Assembly (NCBI GenBank): GCA_043812655.1
Contig: JBDRLW010000046.1
Span: forward strand, 8,452 to 72,451
Direction: 5' to 3'
DNA from: a bacterium
GTDB taxonomy: Bacteria; Margulisbacteria; WOR-1; O2-12-FULL-45-9; XYB2-FULL-48-7
DNA length: 64,000 nt
Shown: positions 10,552 to 20,674 of the stretch, piece after piece
Layout of the letters: every line of letters begins with the position of its first letter
How positions within the stretch are numbered: position 1 is the stretch's first letter
The notes under the pieces: model-generated
The model's input: the letters and a program-made list of their open reading frames with translations, nothing else
Told to the model about the DNA's origin: nothing
Databases searched by the model: none
Made by a program: the position numbers and the translations under genes

Positions 10552-12058
10552 CCGATTATTTATTTTTGAATTAGCGAATAACCATTCTGGCGATGTCGAG
10601 CATGGGATCAAAACGATCAGAGAGATCGCGGCAGTGGCGAAAAAATATGATTTTAATTATGCCTTTAAATTTCAGTACCGCGATCTTGAGACTTTTATCC
10701 ATCCCGATTATCAGGGACGGACTGACATTAAATATGTTAAAAGATTTCAGGCTACAGCGCTTAAAGAAGGCGATTTTCTTAAGCTAAAGCAAGAAGTCGA
10801 AAACATGGGGGCCATGACAATTTGTACCCCGTTTGATGAGGTTTCGGTCGATATGGTGGTTAAACATAAATATAATGCATTAAAAATTGCCAGTTGTTCT
10901 TTTACCGACTGGCCGCTCATTGAAAAAATTGCTGGCACGGACTTGCCGATCATTGCCTCGACTGCCAGTGCCTCGCTGGAAGAGATCGATCAAGTGGTCT
11001 CATTTTTTGAACATCGGAACAAAAAACTCTGTATCATGCATTGTGTTGGCGAGTATCCGACTAAAGGCGCGAACCTTCAGTTAAACCAGATCGACTTGCT
11101 TAAAAAGCGTTATCCGGAAATAGTGATCGGCTTTTCCACCCATGAAGAACCAGATAATACCAGTTCGATAAAGGTTGCGGTGGCCAAAGGAGCAAAAGTA
11201 TTTGAAAGGCATGTTGCCGTTAAAGCTGATAAATATCCAATTAATGGTTATTCTTCAACCCCAGACCAAATTGATAAATGGCTTGAGGCCGCGCAAGAAG
11301 CTTTTAATATGTGTGGCGTAGTAAAGGGACGTTATCCGATCACGGAAAAAGAGCGGAGCGATCTTAGGGGACTAAAGAGGGGTGTATTTGCGAAAGATAA
11401 CCTTAAAAAAGGTGAAAAACTGTCTAAAGATAATGTCTTTTTTGCTATACCGTGCACGGAAGCACAGTTAGTGGCAAACGACTTATCTAAATATGTTGAA
11501 TATGTATTAGAAAGAGAAGTTAAACCTAATGAAGCTGTGAACAATAATGATCTAAAAACAAAGAATTTAAGGGAAAAGGTCTTAAAGATCATTAAGGAGT
11601 TGCGGGAGATCATTCTTAAAAGCCATATTGCCTTGCCGAACCGGATCGAACTGGAATTGTCCCATCATTATGGGATCGAAAGATATGAAGAGTGGGGGGC
11701 GGCGATACTAAATTGCATTAATCGGGAATACTGCAAGAAGCTAATAATTTTATTGCCTGGACAAAAACATCCTTTGCACCATCATGTTAAGAAGGAAGAA
11801 ACATTCCAGGTCCTTTACGGCGACATGGACGTTAAGGTTGAAGGAGAGGAGCAGGGGTTAAAAGCGGGGGATATGCTGACAGTAGAGCGAAAGGTTGATC
11901 ATTCTTTTTCTTCCAAACAAGGTTGTGTTTTTGAGGAAGTATCTACCACCCACTTTAAAAATGACTCATTTTATGAAGATGAAGCAGTCGGAAAAAATAA
12001 AGACCGAAAAACAAACATGACTTTTTGGTCTGATTGGCTGACCAAACCGGTCGCCTAA
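10544..12058 (+). CDS. NeuB-family ulosonate synthase fused to SAF and C-terminal cupin (sugar ketol-isomerase-like) domains
   Basis: FELANNHSGD, KFQYR, CTPFD, KIASCS, GFSTHE, FERHV; SAF RGVFAKDNLKKGE; cupin LPGQKHPLHHHVKKEETF. Confidence 0.85.
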   Translation: MFDRLFIFELANNHSGDVEHGIKTIREIAAVAKKYDFNYAFKFQYRDLETFIHPDYQGRTDIKYVKRFQATALKEGDFLKLKQEVENMGAMTICTPFDEVSVDMVVKHKYNALKIASCSFTDWPLIEKIAGTDLPIIASTASASLEEIDQVVSFFEHRNKKLCIMHCVGEYPTKGANLQLNQIDLLKKRYPEIVIGFSTHEEPDNTSSIKVAVAKGAKVFERHVAVKADKYPINGYSSTPDQIDKWLEAAQEAFNMCGVVKGRYPITEKERSDLRGLKRGVFAKDNLKKGEKLSKDNVFFAIPCTEAQLVANDLSKYVEYVLEREVKPNEAVNNNDLKTKNLREKVLKIIKELREIILKSHIALPNRIELELSHHYGIERYEEWGAAILNCINREYCKKLIILLPGQKHPLHHHVKKEETFQVLYGDMDVKVEGEEQGLKAGDMLTVERKVDHSFSSKQGCVFEEVSTTHFKNDSFYEDEAVGKNKDRKTNMTFWSDWLTKPVA

Positions 12059-12071
12059 CCTGGAGGGTGAA

Positions 12072-12647
12072 GTGAAAACAATAGTTTGGGACGTTGATGA
12101 TGTTTTAAATGATCTGATGAGGGTCTGGTTTGAAGAGTTTTGGCGGCCAAAGCATCCCGACAATAAAATGAAATATGAAACCATTAACTTCAATCCTCCA
12201 CATCAACTTTTTGAAGCGACCAAGGAAGAATACCTGGCCTCACTTGATGATTTCCGTTTGAGCGGATGCTATGAAAAGCTGAAACCTATCAAAGAAGTGA
12301 AGGAATGGTTCTTGGCGAATGGGGAAAAATACAGGCATGTGGCGTTGACTAGGGTGCCGGTTGCGGTTGCCCATGTCTCTGCGGCTTGGGTGACGAAGAA
12401 TTTTGGCGCCTGGATCAGGTCGTTTCATTTTATTCCGTCATATCGGGCAGGTGAAAATCCGCCAGTTTATGACGAAAACAAAGGAACATATTTACATTAT
12501 TTTGGAAAAGCCGATCTTTTAATTGATGATACAATAGAAAATATTGAAGCAGCCGAAAAATATGGCGTTAAAACTTTAGTCTTTCCCCGACCCTGGAATA
12601 AGTCAAAGTTGACGATCAGCCAGACGCTTGATGAAATATTAAGATGA
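12072..12647 (+). CDS. HAD-superfamily phosphatase (NT5C-like)
   Basis: WDVDDVL motif I, LTR motif II, LLIDD motif IV, RPWN. Confidence 0.75.
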   Translation: MKTIVWDVDDVLNDLMRVWFEEFWRPKHPDNKMKYETINFNPPHQLFEATKEEYLASLDDFRLSGCYEKLKPIKEVKEWFLANGEKYRHVALTRVPVAVAHVSAAWVTKNFGAWIRSFHFIPSYRAGENPPVYDENKGTYLHYFGKADLLIDDTIENIEAAEKYGVKTLVFPRPWNKSKLTISQTLDEILR

Positions 12648-14440
12648 TAAAACTATCTGATTACGTAATGAAGTTTATCGCGGCTGCCGGAGTAAAAGAT
12701 GTCTTTATGCTCTCGGGCGGTGGCTGTATGCATTTGGTTGACTCCCTGGGTAGAAATCCTGATCTAAAGTATATTTCTTGTTTACACGAACAGGTGGTAG
12801 CTTTTGCGGCGACAGCTTACGCTCAATATACCAATAATTTAGGAGTAGCTCTAGTCACAACTGGTCCTGGCGGAACCAACGCTATTACTGGTGTGGCCGG
12901 TGCTTGGACCGATTCAATTCCTCTATTAGTCCTATCAGGTCAGGTAAAAAGAGCTGATCTAGCCAAGAATGTTGGGGTGAGGACGCTTGGGTTTCAGGAA
13001 TTAGCTGTTGTTTCGATCGTTAAACCGATCACAAAATACGCAGTCACAGTTCTAGAGCCCAAAGAGATCAAATATCATTTGGAAAAAGCTTTGTATCTAG
13101 CTAAGTCTGGTCGACCAGGTCCAGTTTGGCTTGATATTCCGCTTGATGTCCAGGCGACCATGGTTGATGAGGCTGAATTAGCAGGTTTTACTGCTGAGCC
13201 GGAAGAAAAGCAAGAAACTGATATTAGAGATAAAATTTCTCAAATTATTGATCTGATAAATAATTCAAAGCGGCCGGTGATGATTGCCGGGTACGGGATT
13301 AAAATATCAAAAAGTGAAGAGAACTTTATCGAATTGGCTAAAAAATTAAATATTCCAGTGTTAACGACCTGGAAAGCAATGGATTTATTACCGGAAGATT
13401 CACCCCTTTATTATGGGCGGCCGGGTTGTATTGGGCAAAGAGGAGCAAACTTTATCCAGCAGAATTCTGACCTGGTGATCGCTTTGGGAGCGCGGCTTGA
13501 TTATGGCCAGATCGGTTTTGACCATGAAAGCTTTGCGCGGCAAGCTAAAAAGATAATAATTGATGTTGATGGGGCAGAATTAAATAAGTTTAAGTTTAAA
13601 GTCGATATTAAGATCAATGCAGATGCCAGTGTGTTTATTAATGAGCTAGAGAACCAACTGGGCAAGCTGAAAAATGTTGATCGAGCCGTTTGGCTAAAGC
13701 GTTGCCAGGATTGGAAAGATAAATATCCTGTTATTTTGCCGGAGCATTGGCAAAAAAAAGATCTGGTCAGTACTTACGCTTTGGTTGATACATTAACGAA
13801 ACATTCAGGCCAAGATGATGTATTTGCGCCGGAAAATTCTGGGGCAGCAAGCGAAATAGTGATGCAGGCTTTACGTTTAAAAAGTGGGCAAAGGGTTATA
13901 AGTACGAACACTTTGGGTTCGATGGGTTCTGGTTTGCCGGCGAGCATTGGGGCTTGTATTGCCAGCGGCAAGAAGCGGACGATCTCGGTTAATGGTGACG
14001 GCGGTTTTATGATGAATATCCAGGACCTGGAAACAGTTGCTAGACTGAAACTGCCGATCAAATATTTTATCCTGAATAATGATGGGTATGGTTCGATCAG
14101 GAATACGCAGAGGAATTTCTTTAAAGGATTTTATGTCGGTTCAGATCACACGAGCGGTGTGACAATTCCTGACTTAGAGAAGATCGCTACGGCTTTTGGC
14201 CTTAAATATTTCAAGATCGCAAATAATAGCGAACTGGAAGTTAAAGTTAAAGCAGCGCTCTTTGAGCCTGGGCCAGTTTTGTGCGATGTTGTTATCGATC
14301 CGGCAGAACCAACCATGCCGAAACTTACTTCCGAGCTCAAGGCCGATGGCTCGATGGTTTCCAAACCGCTGGAAGACCTCTGGCCGTTCTTGGAGCGGGG
14401 AGAGTTTAAGGCGAATATGATCGTTAAGCTTTTAGATTAA
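12644..14440 (+). CDS. ThDP-dependent carboligase, YerE/acetolactate-synthase-like
   Basis: HEQ, TTGPGGTN, GRPGPVWLDIP, GDGG...NNDGYGSI ThDP motif; sits in sugar cluster. Confidence 0.88.
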   Translation: MIKLSDYVMKFIAAAGVKDVFMLSGGGCMHLVDSLGRNPDLKYISCLHEQVVAFAATAYAQYTNNLGVALVTTGPGGTNAITGVAGAWTDSIPLLVLSGQVKRADLAKNVGVRTLGFQELAVVSIVKPITKYAVTVLEPKEIKYHLEKALYLAKSGRPGPVWLDIPLDVQATMVDEAELAGFTAEPEEKQETDIRDKISQIIDLINNSKRPVMIAGYGIKISKSEENFIELAKKLNIPVLTTWKAMDLLPEDSPLYYGRPGCIGQRGANFIQQNSDLVIALGARLDYGQIGFDHESFARQAKKIIIDVDGAELNKFKFKVDIKINADASVFINELENQLGKLKNVDRAVWLKRCQDWKDKYPVILPEHWQKKDLVSTYALVDTLTKHSGQDDVFAPENSGAASEIVMQALRLKSGQRVISTNTLGSMGSGLPASIGACIASGKKRTISVNGDGGFMMNIQDLETVARLKLPIKYFILNNDGYGSIRNTQRNFFKGFYVGSDHTSGVTIPDLEKIATAFGLKYFKIANNSELEVKVKAALFEPGPVLCDVVIDPAEPTMPKLTSELKADGSMVSKPLEDLWPFLERGEFKANMIVKLLD

Positions 14441-14444
14441 TGAA

Positions 14445-15497
14445 ATGATAAACCATATTATTAAGGACGACTTAGAGATAATAATTAGCCATAAATTAGA
14501 TTGGAGTAAATTTGATGATTCACTGGTTTTGATAACAGGCGCGAATAGTTATATCGCGGCCTACATTCTGGAAACGTTGCTTTATCTGAACGATAAATAT
14601 GATAAGAAGATCAAGGTCGTGGCCTTAGCTAGAGACAAAGAAAAAGCGTTAAAGAAATATAGCCATCATCAAGGGAGGAAAGACCTGGAATTTATTTTCC
14701 AGGATGTTTGTCAGCCGATTAAAATCAAGGAACCGATAAATTTTATTGTTCATGCCGCAAGTCAATCCAGCCCAAAGTATTATGAACATGATCCGGTTGG
14801 CACCTTATGCGCCAATACAATTGGTACGATAAATCTATTAAAAATAACAAACAAAAATGACTTAAAAGGTTTTTTGTTTTTAAGTACTGGGGGAGTGTAT
14901 GGGGAAGTTAAAGCAAATCAGTTGCCAACTAAAGAAAATAATTATGGATATATCGATCCAACAGATGTCATGTCATGTTATAACGAAAGCAAGAGAATGG
15001 GAGAGAATATTTGTGTCTGCTGGTCCCATCAATACGGGATCCCAACAAAGATCGCCAGGATCTCCTGGGTTTATGGCCCAGGGATGGATTTGAATGATGA
15101 AAGGGTTGTTTCTTCCTTTGTTTCAGACATCTTAAATAAACGTGATATTATCATCAAAAGCGATGGTCGAGCGACAAGGTCATTTTGCTATATAGCCGAT
15201 GCGACAAAAGCCTTTTTTACCCTGCTTTTGAATGGGGCAAATGGGGGCGCATATAATGTTGGAGTTGAGAAAGAGACCAGTATTTATGAGCTAGCTAAGA
15301 TAATAGTCGCTCAGTCACCGAAAAATGGGATCAAAATAATAAGAAAACATGGCCACCGATCACTTTATCACCAGCAACATGTTTTTAAGAGAAGCTGTTT
15401 GGCTATAACAAAAATAAAAAAGCTCGGGTGGAAACCCCAAATAAATATTAACGATGGCATCAAAAGAACAATTCAAAGTTATTGTAACGATGAATAA
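14445..15497 (+). CDS. NAD-dependent epimerase/dehydratase (UDP-glucuronate decarboxylase-like)
   Basis: ITGANSYIA, HAAS, YNESKR, RSFCYIAD. Confidence 0.85.
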   Translation: MINHIIKDDLEIIISHKLDWSKFDDSLVLITGANSYIAAYILETLLYLNDKYDKKIKVVALARDKEKALKKYSHHQGRKDLEFIFQDVCQPIKIKEPINFIVHAASQSSPKYYEHDPVGTLCANTIGTINLLKITNKNDLKGFLFLSTGGVYGEVKANQLPTKENNYGYIDPTDVMSCYNESKRMGENICVCWSHQYGIPTKIARISWVYGPGMDLNDERVVSSFVSDILNKRDIIIKSDGRATRSFCYIADATKAFFTLLLNGANGGAYNVGVEKETSIYELAKIIVAQSPKNGIKIIRKHGHRSLYHQQHVFKRSCLAITKIKKLGWKPQININDGIKRTIQSYCNDE

Positions 15498-15525
15498 TCA
15501 TGATCTGTCAGGAATAAATTAAAAA

Positions 15526-16416
15526 ATGAAAGTTTTTATTACAGGCGGAGCTGGCTTTATAGCCAAAAATCTAACAGAACAATTGCAAAATGATGATGAG
15601 ATTTTTGATTGTGATGTTGAGAAGCTGGATTTATTAGATGATCAGAAAGTATTGAGCTATTTAAAGAAAAACAAATTTGATGTGGTCATCCATACTGCGA
15701 CATATGATGTTATCACGAGACGATCGACCAAAGATCCAGCCAAGGTCTTAGAAAACAATCTCCGGATGTATTTCAATCTTATTAGAGGTCAAGATTATTA
15801 TGGCCGATTGCTCTATTTTGGGTCAGGAGCGGAATATGGCAGGGAAAAATGGCAAGCCAAAATGAGAGAAGATTATTATGACCAAAATGTCCCGACCGAT
15901 CAATATGGCTACTCAAAATATCTAATGACTAAATACGCGTTATTGCATAAAGATATTATTAATCTTAGGTTATTCGCTGTCTTTGGTAAATATGAAGAGT
16001 GGAGAGCCCGGTTTATTTCTAATGCGTGCTGTCGAGCGGTCTTAAACCTGCCGATCGAGATCAAGCAAAATGTCTTTTTTGATTATTTATATATTGATGA
16101 TCTGGTGAAAATAGTTAAATGGTTTATCCATAATAAGCCGGCCAAGAAGGTGTATAACATTTGTACTGGCCAGGCGAATGATTTAAAGACGCTTGCTGAA
16201 ATGGTTAGACAAATATCAGGAAAAAGATTGGATATTATTATTAAAACAGAAGGGTTGGGGCGAGAATATAGTGGGGACAACTCATTATTAATGAGGGAGT
16301 TGAAAAACCTGGAGCTTAGCCCGTTAGAGGGATCGATTAAAAAACTTTATGATTGGTATGCTGACAACAAAGTAATGATCAAAGATTATTTTCAAAAGAA
16401 GTGCCTAGCACCATGA
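15526..16416 (+). CDS. NAD-dependent epimerase/reductase (extended SDR)
   Basis: TGGAGFIA, GSGAEYG, YGYSK. Confidence 0.85.
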   Translation: MKVFITGGAGFIAKNLTEQLQNDDEIFDCDVEKLDLLDDQKVLSYLKKNKFDVVIHTATYDVITRRSTKDPAKVLENNLRMYFNLIRGQDYYGRLLYFGSGAEYGREKWQAKMREDYYDQNVPTDQYGYSKYLMTKYALLHKDIINLRLFAVFGKYEEWRARFISNACCRAVLNLPIEIKQNVFFDYLYIDDLVKIVKWFIHNKPAKKVYNICTGQANDLKTLAEMVRQISGKRLDIIIKTEGLGREYSGDNSLLMRELKNLELSPLEGSIKKLYDWYADNKVMIKDYFQKKCLAP

Positions 16417-17351
16417 CAAAAAGAAAAAAACAATATCAGGGCTTGCTAGATATTAGGACTAACTATAAGTCGGGTTTGATAAATAAAGCGGATTATATCG
16501 ATCAATGTCAGGCGCGACATCTTCAATTATTTGATTATCCTGGATTTATGATGGGAACAAATATTTCATCAATTGAGATCAAGGATCATGGCATTTGCCT
16601 TACAACACGCAATGAAGGGATCAAGATGATGGCAAGCCAAATTGACAAAAGAACTGCGCCAATAGAAATGCTAAATTTTGGGGATGCGGAGAAAGACGAA
16701 ATGATAATATTAAAAAAACTTATTAAGAAAAACAGGAAAAAGAATATCACGATATTAGATGTTGGGGCTAATATCGGGTGGTTTAGTCTATATTATGCAA
16801 AAGCCTTGCCTGGATCTCAAATATATTCATTTGAGCCGATTGCTAATAATTATGCCAATATTTTGTTTAATATAAAATTAAATGGCTTAAAGAATATAAA
16901 AGCTGTCAATGTTGGGGTTTCAGACCATCAAGGGGTGGCAACTTTTTATTGTGATCAGGAAATTACCGCCAATGCTTCCTTGGTTAAGCATAGCGCCAGA
17001 AAGCATTTAGAAGAAAAGAACGTGAAATTGGTGACGTTAGACAAGTATTGCGGCCAAAATGGAATTAGACCGGACCTACTTAAAGTCGATGTCGAGGGGG
17101 CGGAATTATTTGTGTTTAAAGGGGCGAAACGGATCCTGGCCGATCATCATCCGATCGTTTTCGCTGAAATGCTTCGCAAGTGGGCGGAGAAATTTAATTA
17201 TCACCCTAACCAAATAATTGAATTATTGAATAATTATGGATACCAATGCTTCCGTTTGTGCGGCGACAGATTGAGGCTTTTTGCCAAGATGGATGACTCA
17301 ACTAAGGAAACGAATTTCTTTTTTCTTGATCAACGATACCATAAAATATGA
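16413..17351 (+). CDS. FkbM-family methyltransferase
   Basis: LDVGANIG, SFEP, LKVDVEGAE; ATGA overlap with upstream gene. Confidence 0.9.
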   Translation: MTKRKKQYQGLLDIRTNYKSGLINKADYIDQCQARHLQLFDYPGFMMGTNISSIEIKDHGICLTTRNEGIKMMASQIDKRTAPIEMLNFGDAEKDEMIILKKLIKKNRKKNITILDVGANIGWFSLYYAKALPGSQIYSFEPIANNYANILFNIKLNGLKNIKAVNVGVSDHQGVATFYCDQEITANASLVKHSARKHLEEKNVKLVTLDKYCGQNGIRPDLLKVDVEGAELFVFKGAKRILADHHPIVFAEMLRKWAEKFNYHPNQIIELLNNYGYQCFRLCGDRLRLFAKMDDSTKETNFFFLDQRYHKI

Positions 17352-17355
17352 ACCG

Positions 17356-17847
17356 ATGAATATATTTAAGGCGATCAAGGATATTGATGAACAGGTTGCC
17401 GATGCTTCGCAGGGCTTACCCGAAGAACTGTTTTTTTTAATTAGCCGGCTTGTACCAATGGTTAATGTTGACTTGCTTATTAAAGACGAAAAGGGGCGGA
17501 TCCTTTTAGCCTGGCGGGATGATCAATATGCCGGCATTGGCTGGCATTTGCCTGGCGGGATAGTGCGTTTCAAGGAAAAATTAGAAAAGCGGATCGATCA
17601 GGTAGCTTTAACTGAGATCGGGCAGGCGGTGTCATTTGAACCGGTGCCTTTGGCAATGAATCAAGTCATTTGTGAGCATGAGATAAGGGGCCATTTTATT
17701 TCAATTTTATATAAATGTTCTTTGCCAGGCCAATTTATCCCCAAAAATGCCGGGTTAACGAACAAAGACCCGGGCTTCTTAAAATGGCACGAAGCTTGCC
17801 CAGAAAACCTAGTCAAAGTCCATGAGATGTATCGAAAATATGTTTAG
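17356..17847 (+). CDS. NUDIX hydrolase, GDP-mannose mannosyl hydrolase-like
   Basis: LVPMVNVDLLI, WHLPGGIVRFKE; ATG at 17356 preferred. Confidence 0.75.
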   Translation: MNIFKAIKDIDEQVADASQGLPEELFFLISRLVPMVNVDLLIKDEKGRILLAWRDDQYAGIGWHLPGGIVRFKEKLEKRIDQVALTEIGQAVSFEPVPLAMNQVICEHEIRGHFISILYKCSLPGQFIPKNAGLTNKDPGFLKWHEACPENLVKVHEMYRKYV

Positions 17848-17855
17848 GAGTATTT

Positions 17856-18992
17856 ATGAAAACAAATAAATGTCGGGTTTGTGGCCATGATCTTTTTAAA
17901 GCTCCTTTATTGAAGCTGGAAAACATGCCGAAGGCAGCCCAATATTTGCCTGATGCAAAAACACTTGTTAATGATAACGGGATCAGGCTTGAGGTCTGTC
18001 AATGTTCTGGTTGCGGTCTAGTCCAATTAAATAATAAACCGGTGCCATATTATCGGGAAGTAATCCGCGCGGCGGCCTTTTCTCCGGAGATGCGAATTTT
18101 TCGGGCTAAACAATTTGCCGCTTTTGTGTCACGCTATTCGCTAAAAGGGGAAAAAGTTATTGAAATAGGTTGTGGGCACGGCGAATATTTGGAGATCATG
18201 CGGGAGCAAGGGGTTGAGGCTTTTGGTCTGGAACATTTGGCTAAGGCGGTCGCCCAATGCAAGAAGAAAGGTCTAAAAACGAGACAGGGTTTTATTGACA
18301 AGGCGTCTACTAAAATTCTTGGAGCGCCTTTTGTGGCTTTTTTTATGATGAGCTTTTTAGAACATTTGCCTGAGCCTAATACAACGCTAGTTGGAATCAG
18401 GAATAATTTAGATGATGGGGGGTTCGGCTTGGTCGAGGTCCCCAATTTTGATCTCATCTTACAGCAAAACCTTTTTGCGGAATTCATTGGCGACCATTTG
18501 TTTTACTTTACTAAAGAGACTTTAGCGCGGACCTTAGAGCTTAATGGTTTTGATGTTATTGAATGTCAAGAAGTTTGGCATAATTATATTATTTCGGCAG
18601 TGGTAAAAAAGCGCCGGAAGCTTGAGCTGAATGGTTTAAAGCACCAGCAAACGTGCTTAAAATTTGAAATACAAGCGTTGCTAGACAGATATCAAGAGAA
18701 ACAGGTGGCGGTTTGGGGGGCAGGGCACCAAGCGTTAGCTCTTATTGCCTTAATGGGGATTGCTAAAAAGATCAAATATGTGGTTGATTCGGCTACCTTT
18801 AAACAAGGGAAATATACTCCTGCCACGCATCTCCCGATCGTGGGACCTGACAAACTGGACAGTGATCCGGCTAAAGCGATTATTGTTGTGGCCGCTAGTT
18901 ATTCAGCTGAAGTAGTAGGGATCATAAAACAAAAATATGGCAATAAAGTTGAAATATTTGTTATTAAAGAAGGAACGATTAAGACAGTATGA
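17856..18992 (+). CDS. SAM-dependent methyltransferase, NDP-sugar C-methyltransferase-like
   Basis: N-terminal CRVC...CSGC Zn site, EIGCGHG, LEH, VWGAGH, VDSATFKQGKY. Confidence 0.8.
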   Translation: MKTNKCRVCGHDLFKAPLLKLENMPKAAQYLPDAKTLVNDNGIRLEVCQCSGCGLVQLNNKPVPYYREVIRAAAFSPEMRIFRAKQFAAFVSRYSLKGEKVIEIGCGHGEYLEIMREQGVEAFGLEHLAKAVAQCKKKGLKTRQGFIDKASTKILGAPFVAFFMMSFLEHLPEPNTTLVGIRNNLDDGGFGLVEVPNFDLILQQNLFAEFIGDHLFYFTKETLARTLELNGFDVIECQEVWHNYIISAVVKKRRKLELNGLKHQQTCLKFEIQALLDRYQEKQVAVWGAGHQALALIALMGIAKKIKYVVDSATFKQGKYTPATHLPIVGPDKLDSDPAKAIIVVAASYSAEVVGIIKQKYGNKVEIFVIKEGTIKTV

Positions 18993-20659
18993 TCGCTAAC
19001 GTGCGGACTAAGGCTAAAACAAAAATATTATTTATTATCCCACCTCATATAAGCTTCAGGCAATATATTCATCCAGCTTTTAATGAAAGAGTCCTCCATA
19101 AAAAAAACGGTGATTTTGGTAGCGTCTTAACTGATATGCCGTTAGGGGTTTTGGCCATAAGCAGCTATATCAAGAAACATGCCGAAGCAGAGGTAAGGCT
19201 GATAGATTTTAACATTGTTTTGAACAAACTAGACGAATTTAACTTTAGTTCTTTTCAGGATTTTTTTCGTGATCAGCTAAAAGTCCATAAAATGGCTGGC
19301 TATGAACCGGACATAATAGGGATTTCCGCGCTCTTCACTCCGGCTTACCGGAATATGTTGGATATCAGCCTCTGTTGTCGGGAAATATTCCCGCCAACCG
19401 TTATCGTCGCTGGCGGTAGTGTGCCGACCAACCTTTATAAGGAAATCTTTGCCGAAAGTAACAGTTTTGACGGTCTTTGTTTTGGTGAAGGGGAAAAGCC
19501 GTTCTTGGCGTTGGTTAAGGCCACCGACAAAAAACGCCTGCTCTGCGAACATGATTCTTGGATCACTCAAGAAAAGGTTCAAGCGAATCGATCTTATCAG
19601 CACGATTTTATTGAAGATCTTGATCAGATACCTTTTACCGACTACAGCATCTGTAAAATGACCGAATATGGCCGTAATCCAGCCATTACTGCGTACGCTT
19701 CGCTTGTTGATCAGAACCAGAATTTTCACGTGATGACATCGCGCGGCTGTCCGCACCGCTGTTGTTTCTGCTCTTCCCATACCGTTCATGGTCGGCAGAT
19801 GCGTTATTACAGCGTGGCTCGTGTAAAAGAGGATTTTCAACGATTAAGAGATCAATATGGGGCAAAGATCCTGGTTTTCCAAGATGATCACTTTGTGGCT
19901 GACCGAAAGAGGGCTTTAGAAATAATCGGGATCGTTAAAGAACTTAATTTAAGAGCGGTTTTTCAAAATGGACTAGCGTTATACGCGCTTGATCGGCCAA
20001 TACTTGAAGCTTTGAGGAGCGCGGGGGTCGATCAACTTCTTTTGTCCGTCGAATCAGGCAGTGCCAGAGTACTTAAGGAAATTATGCACAAGCCGCTTGA
20101 CCTGACCATTGTCCAGCGGGTAGCTAATGATTGCCGCCAATTAGGGATTTACACGAATGTGAATATTTTGATCGGTCTGCCAGGAGAAACCAAACAAGAT
20201 ATACAGGATGCTAGGGATTTTTTAAAGACGATCAATGCCAACTGGTTCCTGATATTTTGCGCCAATCCCTTAGTCGGGAGTGAGATGTTTGATATTTGCC
20301 GTGAGAAAAAACATCTTAAGGGTGATCATATTGATTGCGATTATAAGAAAGCGGTTGTTGAGACAGAAGATTTTTCCGCTGAATACATCCAGGACATGGC
20401 TTATATAATGAACTTGGAACTTAATTTTGTGGAGAATAGCGATTTCCGGTTGGGTAATTATGCGATAGCCTTGAAGGGGTTTGAGAGCGCGATCAAAGCC
20501 AAAGATGACCATGCGCTGGCTTATTTTTGTGCCGCCAGATGTTATGATAAACTTGGGGAAAGGGGAAAAGCTGGTCAATATATGTCTAAGGCAAAAGAAA
20601 TTGTCAAGAATAGCGCTTTTTGGCGAAAATATGCCGAGATGTTTAACCTTCCAATTTAA
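18989..20659 (+). CDS. Cobalamin-binding radical SAM protein with C-terminal TPR-like helices
   Basis: PLGVLAI, GEGE, TSRGCPHRCCFC, VESG, IGLPGET. Confidence 0.88.
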   Translation: MIANVRTKAKTKILFIIPPHISFRQYIHPAFNERVLHKKNGDFGSVLTDMPLGVLAISSYIKKHAEAEVRLIDFNIVLNKLDEFNFSSFQDFFRDQLKVHKMAGYEPDIIGISALFTPAYRNMLDISLCCREIFPPTVIVAGGSVPTNLYKEIFAESNSFDGLCFGEGEKPFLALVKATDKKRLLCEHDSWITQEKVQANRSYQHDFIEDLDQIPFTDYSICKMTEYGRNPAITAYASLVDQNQNFHVMTSRGCPHRCCFCSSHTVHGRQMRYYSVARVKEDFQRLRDQYGAKILVFQDDHFVADRKRALEIIGIVKELNLRAVFQNGLALYALDRPILEALRSAGVDQLLLSVESGSARVLKEIMHKPLDLTIVQRVANDCRQLGIYTNVNILIGLPGETKQDIQDARDFLKTINANWFLIFCANPLVGSEMFDICREKKHLKGDHIDCDYKKAVVETEDFSAEYIQDMAYIMNLELNFVENSDFRLGNYAIALKGFESAIKAKDDHALAYFCAARCYDKLGERGKAGQYMSKAKEIVKNSAFWRKYAEMFNLPI

Positions 20660-20674
20660 TAAAAGGAGAAGAGT

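Noticed and set aside
10544-12058. Conventional sialic/legionaminic acid pathway
   Set aside because: No NeuA, NeuC or amino-sugar acetyltransferase genes in the cluster
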